Assembly (NCBI GenBank): GCA_964016885.1 | Contig: OZ024748.1 | Location: 47,182,001 to 47,246,000 of the forward strand | Source: Eledone cirrhosa | Taxonomy: Eukaryota | DNA length: 64,000 bases | Reading direction: 5' to 3' | Shown: positions 54,811-64,000 of the stretch, one piece after another | Layout of the letters: the number at the start of each line of letters is the position of its first letter | Position numbering within the stretch: position 1 is the first letter of the stretch | Program-made: the position numbers and the translations under genes | The notes under the pieces: model-generated | What the model saw: the letters and a program-made list of their open reading frames with translations, nothing else | Databases searched by the model: none | What the model was told of the DNA's origin: nothing

Positions 54811-55656
54811 TTCCTTTGTCGGTGTTGAACAAACGAGCAACGATGGTTGCTAGACACTACGGCTTAATACGGGATGTTTGTTGACAAACACACCGAGCAT
54901 TATAATAAATGTTCGGTGAATCCATACGTACATATATATATGTGTGCATATATGTATATATATATATATACATACTACTGTACATCTGTATACATATATG
55001 TATGTACGTATACATACTTATATATATATTTATACATATAAATATATATATTCAGTCAGCGGTCCTGCGACCACAGTGACCACAAATCAGAGGTGTACTC
55101 TATGCGTGGAAAAAAGCAAAGTGGATAAAGAGGAAGGTAAAATCAAGACCGCTACATCTAGTGATTCTAGTTTGTATTTGGCAAGACGTTTCAGGGGAAT
55201 ACATGTTCGTACGGGTATAGAAACCGAAGTTGCTTGGTGACGTGGTCACGTTTTTCTACCCCTCCCCTCTCTATATATATACCCTCTTCCCCAACATTGT
55301 TGTCTAAACATACTCGTGCTATTCTCCCGGATATATATACTTCCATTACATCCTTTTCTTTCTCTCTCCTATCTTACTATTCTTTCTTATAGCACTCATT
55401 ATTTCTTCTGATGAAGGACCAACATCGGAAACTATAAGATATATCCCCTACTATATTAAGTGGTAAACCAATATATAAAATCACTGTACTGCATTATCCT
55501 ATGTTGTTGCTTTTCTCCTTGCTAACGTTTTGCATATGTTTTTGTATATATGTATGTGTATACACTCATTCACACACATATATAGACACCAACGCACATT
55601 TACCTAGACACACAGACATTTATACAAATATTTTTTATTTAATCACTATATATATG

Positions 55657-55719
<63 letters not shown>

Positions 55720-55772
55720 ATATATATATATGAGTGTGTGTATATGCATTTAAATATATATGAGTATGGGTG

Positions 55773-55809
<37 letters not shown>

Positions 55810-56033
55810 ATATATATGTGTATATATATAAACACATATATATATATACATATATATATACACATATATATACATATATATTTACATATATATATATATA
55901 TGCATATATATATATATATATACATATATATATTTATATATATATATACATATAAATATATATATATACACAGATATATATATATATGTATATATACATA
56001 TATATATACAAACACACTCACACACACATATAA

Positions 56034-56068
<35 letters not shown>

Positions 56069-56115
56069 TGTGTGTATATGCATTTAAATATATATGAGTA
56101 TGGGTGTATATTTAT

Positions 56116-56239
<124 letters not shown>

Positions 56240-56588
56240 GACTGAGAATTAAGCTGGTTCTTTGCCAGTCAATAATAATGAAATTATACCGTAATGAATA
56301 CATTTTTTTTAATAACAGCGCCATAACAAGTCACATACACACACTTTCTCTCACCCTTTCTCTCTCGCTAAATACGCAACTCTCTACTTTATATATGTAC
56401 CCCACATAAGTCTGAAGGTCAAAGGTCAAATATTTTGGTCACACCTATCCAGCCAGAGGTCATAGTCAATTCTATTACTCTTCACTTTGTTTCTCTGATG
56501 TATTGCTTCTTATCTCTGATGGCATTTATTCAATAACCATTTCGGTTCCTAGTTATTACCCATAATGGCGTTATGAAATTCTTGTACA

Positions 56589-56679
<91 letters not shown>

Positions 56680-56827
56680 TGTATATATATATATATATAC
56701 ATACACACATACATAAATGCATACATACATATATACATACATATGCACACAAACATCCATCCATACATAATTATATAAATACATACACACACAACTAAAT
56801 ACATACATACATATACACACACTCAGG

Positions 56828-56893
<66 letters not shown>

Positions 56894-57107
56894 TACACCA
56901 ATACTCATATATATTTAAATACATATACACACACTCATGTATATGTGTATATATATATACATATATATATATAAATATACACCGATACTCATATATATCT
57001 AAATACATATACACACACTCATGCAGATGTATATATATATATACATATATATATATAAATATACACCGATACTCATATACTAAATACATATACACACACT
57101 CATGCAG

Positions 57108-57138
<31 letters not shown>

Positions 57139-57194
57139 AATATACACCAATACTCATATATATCTAAATACATATACACACACTCATGTATATG

Positions 57195-57284
<90 letters not shown>

Positions 57285-57322
57285 CTACACTCATGTATAT
57301 TTAAATACTCATACACACACTC

Positions 57323-57354
<32 letters not shown>

Positions 57355-57689
57355 TATGTATGTATGTATGCACACATTCAGTCCCACACCACACCACACC
57401 ACACACACATACAAACACACACACACACACATTGACACCTAACAGAGCAGATGGTTGCCAGTTCTTATCGTAAGAGAGTCAGACAGTATTTCAACTTCGA
57501 AGCCCAAAGGTTCCATAAGTCACTAACAACAACAAAAAAAGAAACATGTTGTCCAAGGCCCCTTACCCTATCAACAATTTCCCTGATTTAACTGTCGTTG
57601 TAAGGTAGCCAATTCATAGTTGCTAGAACATACGAAGCTGAAGCACTACCAAGTGATTTCAAATACCAGTGTAGTCAACGTGTTTGCTT

Positions 57690-57826
57690 TTCTTCTTCTT
57701 CTTCTTCTTCTTCTTCTTCTTCTTCTTCTTCTTCTTCTTCTTCTTCTTCTTCTTCTTCGTTTTCTTCTTCTTCTTCTTGTTCCTATTGCTTCTTCTTCTT
57801 TTTCTTATTCTGCTTCTACTTCTTCT

Positions 57827-57858
<32 letters not shown>

Positions 57859-58255
57859 TTTTTCTTATTCTGCTTCTTCTTCTTCTTCTCCTTCTTCTTC
57901 TTCTTCTTCTGCTTCTTCTTCTGCTTCTGCTTCTTCTTCTTCTTCTTCTTCTTCTTCTGCTTCTGCTTCTACTTCTTCTCCTTCTTCTTCTTCTCCTTCT
58001 TCTTCTTCTACTCTTCTTCTTCTTCTGCTTTTCTTCTGCTTCTTCTGCTCTTCTTCTTCTGCTTCTTCTTCTTCTTCTTCTTCTTCTTCTGCTTCTTCTT
58101 CTGCTTCTTCTTCTTCGCCTTCTTCTTCTTCTTCTTCTTCTTCTTCTTCTTCTTCTTCTTCTTCTTCTTCTTCTTCTTCTTCTTCTTCTTCTTCTTCTTC
58201 TTCTTCTCCCTCTCGTTCTTCTCCACTTCCTCCTGCTTCTCCGTCTCCTACTTCT
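57690..58255. repeat. (TTC)n-derived tract, the expanded (GAA)n tail of the adjacent RTE LINE
   Basis: It directly follows the LINE 3' end on the minus strand (..ctgcccccgcgatcctctcaataaaagaag..). Confidence 0.85.
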
Positions 58256-60135
58256 TTTATTGAGAGGATCGCGGGGGCAGAGTCCTCAAACACTCCCCTC
58301 AGAGGGTCCTGTCAGAAGCAACCATCCCTCTCTAATTGATCCAGATGGATCGCCAAGCGGGTCCAGCCAAGCTAATGGATGTAATCCGACCATCTTGCTC
58401 GGATCACCAGCCGGTTGGTTTTGCCCGTAACATCTGTCCAGCGCTTTCTTTCCTGAGACATTCTAACCACATGCCCATAGTATCGGAGCTGTGATTTCTC
58501 AATATTCGGAGAAGTAGCGGCTCTACCTGGAGTGCCCCTCTGATCTCCTGAGACATTCTAACCACATGTCCATAGTATCGGAGCTGTGATTTCTCAATAT
58601 TCGGAGAAGTAGCGGCTTTACCTGGAGTGTCCCTCTGATCTCCTGAGACATTCTAACCACATGCCCATAGTATCGGAGCTGTGATTTCTCAATATTCGGA
58701 GAAGTAGCGGCTCTACCTGGAGTGTCCCTCTGATCTCCTGAGACATTCTAACCACATGCCCATAGTATCGGAGCTGTGATTTCTCAATATTCGGAGAAGT
58801 AGCGGCTCTACCTGGAGTGTCCCTCTGATCTCCTGAGACATTCTAACCACATGCCCATAGTATCGGAGCTGTGATTTCTCAATATTCGGAGAAGTAGCGG
58901 CTCTACCTGGAGTGTCCCTCTGATCTCCTGAGACATTCTAACCACATGCCCATAGTATCGGAGCTGTGATTTCTCAATATTCGGAGAAGTAGCGGCTCTA
59001 CCTGGAGTGTCCCTCTGATCTCCTGAGACATTCTAACCACATGCCCATAGTATCGGAGCTGTGATTTCTCAATATTCGGCGAAGTAGCGGCTCTACCTGG
59101 AGTGTCTCTCTGATCTCCTGAGACATTCTAACCACATGCCCATAGTATCGGAGCTGTGATTTCTCAATATTCGGCGAAGTAGCGGCTCTACCTGGAGTGT
59201 CTCTTTCATCTCCTGAGACATTCTAACCACATGCCCATAGTATCGGAGCTGTGATTTCTCAATATTCGGAGAAGTAGCGGCTCTACCTGGAGTGTCTCTT
59301 TCATCTCGTGAGACATTCTAACCACATGCCCATAGTATCGGAGCTGTGATTTCTCAATATTCGGCGAAGTAGCGGCTCTACCTGGAGTGTCTCTTTCATC
59401 TCCTGAGACATTCTAACCACATGCCCATAGTATCGGAGCTGTGATTTCTCAATATTCGGAGAAGTAGCGGCTCTACCTGGAGTGTCTCTTTCATCTCGTG
59501 AGACATTCTAACCACATGCCCATAGTATCGGAGCTGTGATTTCTCAATATTCGGAGAAGTAGCGGCTCTACCTGGAGTGTCTCTTTCATCTCGTGAGACA
59601 TTCTAACCACATGCCCATAGTATCGGAGCTGTGATTTCTCAATATTCGGAGAAGTAGCGGCTCTACCTGGAGTGTCTCTTTCATCTCGTGAGACATTCTA
59701 ACCACATGCCCATAGTATCGGAGCTGTGATTTCTCAATATTCGGCAAAGTAGCGGCTCTACCTGGAATGTTTCTCTGATCTCCTGAGACATTCTAACCAC
59801 ATGCCCATAGTATCGGAGCTGTGATTTCTCAATATTTGGAGAAGTAGCGGCTCTACCTGGAGTGTCTCTCTGATCTCCTGAGACATTCTAACCACATGCC
59901 CATAGTATCGGAGCTGTGATTTCTCAATATTCGGCGAAGTAGCGGCTCTACCTAGAGTGGCTCTTTCATCTCCTGAGACATTCTAACCACATGCCCATAG
60001 TATCGGAGCTGTGATTTCTCAATATTCGGCGAAGTAGCGGCTCTACCTAGAGTGGCTCTTTCATCCCGATGCTCAAGCAATTCGCCTCGATTTCAAAGAC
60101 CAACATAGTCCACGTGATTGGCTTTTCCCCTGATA
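58256..60135 (-). mobile_element. 3' fragment of RTE-clade LINE containing an internal tandem array
   Basis: The minus strand encodes EIRGTLQVEPLLLR/IEKSQLRYYGHVVRMSQERK, then RARWSDYIH*LGWTRLAI, and ends in LPPR + (GAA)n. Confidence 0.8.
58451..60065. repeat. Tandem array, 17 x 95 bp, highly homogeneous
   Basis: tcctgagacattctaaccacatgcccatag.. starts at 58451, 58546, 58641 ... 59971. Confidence 0.97.
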
Positions 60136-60180
60136 ATTAAAGAAATATAACATTTTAGTGTTGCATTCATTTCTCTCCCT

Positions 60181-60217
<37 letters not shown>

Positions 60218-60379
60218 CTCCTCTCTCTCTCTCTCGGTGATTATGTCTCTCTCTCTCTCTGTTAATATATATATCTCTCTCCCTTTCTCGCGCTCTGTCT
60301 ACTGTCTTTTTTCTCTTTCTATCTGTATTTTTCTCTCTTTCTCGTTGTCTCACTGTACGCCTCTCACTCTCTCTCTCTC

Positions 60380-60512
<133 letters not shown>

Positions 60513-60810
60513 TCACTCCATCACAGAATTTCTCGTATCTAACGAGATGACTACTTTTTAGAGGACATTTATGAAAACCGGAAACCTCGACAACGAATGA
60601 AAAAACATGGAATTTGGAATGTTCGTATCACTGACTCTTCTGTGAGGTGGTGACGGGGTGTGCTGTGGAGGCTGGGTGGGGAAGGGTTGACTCTGATATT
60701 GATGTTGATGATCATTATCACGATCATGGTGGCGATGATGAACCAAAGGTTGAAGGGGAAAAGAAATATTGATGCTTTAAGCCAGTTCATATATATATAT
60801 ATATATATAT

Positions 60811-61186
60811 AGGAAAAAGTATGACCCCGACGGCAGAGCTCAAGACGTTTTGACGGCTATTTCTGGACAACTCCTTCGTTATAAATAAATATATATATAT
60901 ATATATATAAGAAACCCCAACACTGGACATTACCGTCATTCCAGGGGTCCGGTGATTACCAAACATTTATGCTTTCATATATTGTTATATCTGTATATCT
61001 GTTTGACCCGAAATAGGAGATCGAATCTTCGCTGTGTGGATAATTAGTTTAACCACCATCTCAGTGTGTTTGGCCTTTAACGTAAGTTGTAAGCTCTAAT
61101 TCATTTGAATTATCGAGCGCTTGCCTCACAATTGGAAAGTGTTTTTTCGTTATTTCATGGGCTGAAATTCGATTCTCGCTAATTTT

Positions 61187-61190
<4 letters not shown>
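60811..61190. mobile_element. Family-A-like 3' end piece plus a reverse homolog of 4655-4900
   Basis: gaccccgacggcagagctcaagacgttttgacggctat..ctccttcgttata; accaccatctcagtgtgtttggcctttaacg..gctgaaattcgattctcgc. Confidence 0.7.
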
Positions 61191-61257
<67 letters not shown>

Positions 61258-61402
61258 GTTGATACAAGCCACCATCTTATTTTTTTCATATTTCAGAAAA
61301 TTTTAAATGAAAAATAAAAGTGGAAAACTTATAGAAAATTATTGTACTGGGTTCATTTCATTTATTCTCCATGTACACATTTATATATATATATATATGT
61401 GC

Positions 61403-61458
<56 letters not shown>

Positions 61459-61942
61459 AGAGAGAGAAAAAGACGATTATTAGGAAGAAAAATATATTTT
61501 TTCCCTTTTTATTTTTTTCTCTCTTTTTCTGGGTTAGAAAATGATTAAAACGAAATATTTTACTTTGTGTGAAGTGTTAAGGTATTAGTTGATTTATTTA
61601 TAAATTAACAGTGGCATTTATTTATTTGTTTATATATTTAATAATTGTCTATTACTGGTTTCAGCATTTTTATGCATTATCAAATGATAATAATATGTAT
61701 TGGTGTAGAATGGTGGGGTTGGACATGTTAAAGAAATGGTGCACAAAGAATAATGTTATTTACAAACAAGGTTTATGAAGTGAAAAGAAAAAAGAAAAAA
61801 GGGACGTAATGTGGAGCATAATAAGGCCATGTGAAATAGTCTTTTTCTCCCTGTTTTCATATATATATTTATTTATATATATATCCTAACTATATATATA
61901 TTATATATATTTATATATATCCTAACTCGTGAGCTTCCGCTC

Positions 61943-61976
<34 letters not shown>

Positions 61977-62531
61977 TTATGTAATAAACAACATAATATA
62001 ATTATTTCATTTACCAGTGGTTTCTTGAAAGCATATATATCAATTTTCAGTCGTCAGAATGAATAAAATATGGTGTTTTTATTAAATATCGATTTGAAAA
62101 CAAAATATACGAAATATGGAAATGAGGCTGAGGAAACAACGGGCGAAGAAGAAGAAGAAGAAGAAGAAGAAGAAGAAGAAGAAGAAGAAGAAGAAGAAGA
62201 AGAAGAAGAAGAAGAAGAAGAAGAAGAAGAAGAAGAAGAAATAATATATATATAATATATATATATATAATATATATATATATATATAAAATAAATAAAT
62301 AAACAAACAAACACACTCAACCGCGCGCATATTCTTGAAAAGTACGTACACATATGCTGTCACATAAGCGTATATGTATCAACCGACATGGACAAAATAC
62401 ATACACACACATATACATGAAGTAATAAGAATAAATAAATAAATGAAAAAGGACAAAAAATATTGAAAGTCAAAAATAATATAAAATAAAATAGACAGAG
62501 GTAGAGAACAGAGAGAGAGAGAGGGAGAGAG

Positions 62532-62602
<71 letters not shown>

Positions 62603-62850
62603 GATAGATTCATACATAGTGCACATATATATATATATATACAAACATATACACGCACGTAATATATATGTATAGATAAACACACACACACATATATATA
62701 TATGTGTGTACACGTTTATAACTTTACACATCAGAGCTATGATTACAAGAAGAGTTTGCATGGAATTTCTGTAATGAGGCAACACAAAAGCACGTATAAA
62801 GTTTAAAGTCACGCGAACCTCACAAAACTATGTAAACATGCATGTGTGTA

Positions 62851-62883
<33 letters not shown>

Positions 62884-62896
62884 TTACACACGCACG

Positions 62897-62997
<101 letters not shown>

Positions 62998-63002
62998 GCA
63001 CG

Positions 63003-63052
<50 letters not shown>

Positions 63053-63054
63053 TA

Positions 63055-63314
63055 GTAAGAATATTTTCGAAACAGCGAGCGAGTTTGATATTCGAAATAT
63101 AAGCTATCGCCGTATTTTGACTAAAGAAATTACAGAAATTATTTAGCCTGATAGTGGGGTTAAGAACCCTCGGTGAAATGGAAAAAGATGAGTATTGACG
63201 TACATGTACGTCAATACTCATCTTTTTCCATTTCTCCGAGGGTTCTTAACCCCACTATCAGGCTAAATAATTTCTGTAATTTCTTTAGTCAAAATACGGC
63301 GATAGCTTATATTT
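63055..63314. repeat. Near-perfect spacer-less 220 bp palindrome (63095-63314) in (TA)n
   Basis: The centre is ..gagtattgacgtaca|tgtacgtcaatactc.., and the arms differ at very few positions. Confidence 0.93.
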
Positions 63315-63540
63315 CTCTATATATGTATATATATATATACATAAATATACACCTCATATATATACAAAGAGAGAACGGGCTTACACATTCGGGCACAAAA
63401 ACATGAGAAACATTATTGAAAATAAAAAATGTCCGTAGGAAAGGTAATGGAAAAGAGAGTGCTCTATGAAGGCTACATAACTAAATATTTAAGTATATAG
63501 ATGTATATGTATTTATACATATATATCTATATAAAAATAT

Positions 63541-63571
<31 letters not shown>

Positions 63572-63722
63572 GATATATATCATAATATTATTTATAGTTA
63601 TATATACACTATATACAACTATAAACAGGAAAGGTCAGTAATTTATTACTACCTTATTACCAGTAAGAAAAATAGCTCAAAGTAAATACATGAGATGTTT
63701 TACAGAGCCGCAATATAAGTTA

Positions 63723-63772
<50 letters not shown>

Positions 63773-64000
63773 TTATACTTGGGGAGGGTCATATTTGTGT
63801 AATATTGCCAGAATTAATAACAGAACACACTCACTGTTTGGTTGGTTTTCGCTTCTCGCTTCTCGCTTCTGTCTTTTATATCGGTAATCTAACTTACTCG
63901 GTCCTCAATGTTGCCATTGACTGACCGACAGTCAAAAATAATACAGATACAATATAGACACAAGCACATATATATAGTTTATCATAAATCTTTCCTTGCA

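Noticed and set aside
58451-60065. Possible CRISPR array
   Set aside because: Units are contiguous and near-identical with no unique spacers. There are no cas genes, the context is eukaryotic, and the unit is LINE-derived.

Overview
A gene-free, very AT-rich eukaryotic repeat landscape with long (TA)n, (CA)n, (GA)n and (GAA)n tracts. The dominant SINE resembles the abundant octopod tRNA-derived SINE, so an octopus-like cephalopod source is inferred. No host gene is supportable, and nearly all ORFs in the track are microsatellite artefacts. The real content is: (i) two decayed Neptune-type Penelope-like elements (PLEs; RT tail + Cys linker + GIY-YIG), each with an inverted copy of its own 3' end; (ii) Tx1/L1-like LINE pieces (CCHC ORF1, APE-RT ORF2) sitting in (TATC)n; (iii) RTE LINE 3' ends, one of which has been amplified into a 17 x 95 bp satellite; (iv) about 10 SINE copies and two small MITE-like elements. 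The most notable signal is about 20 short fold-back (inverted-repeat) inserts embedded in (TA)n tracts and about 15 type I hammerhead ribozyme motifs from at least 8 sequence families. Most have a minimal or palindromic helix III. Three unrelated families carry the compensatory U3-A8 core (UUGANAA) in place of CUGANGA. All folds were read by eye and need computational and biochemical confirmation.
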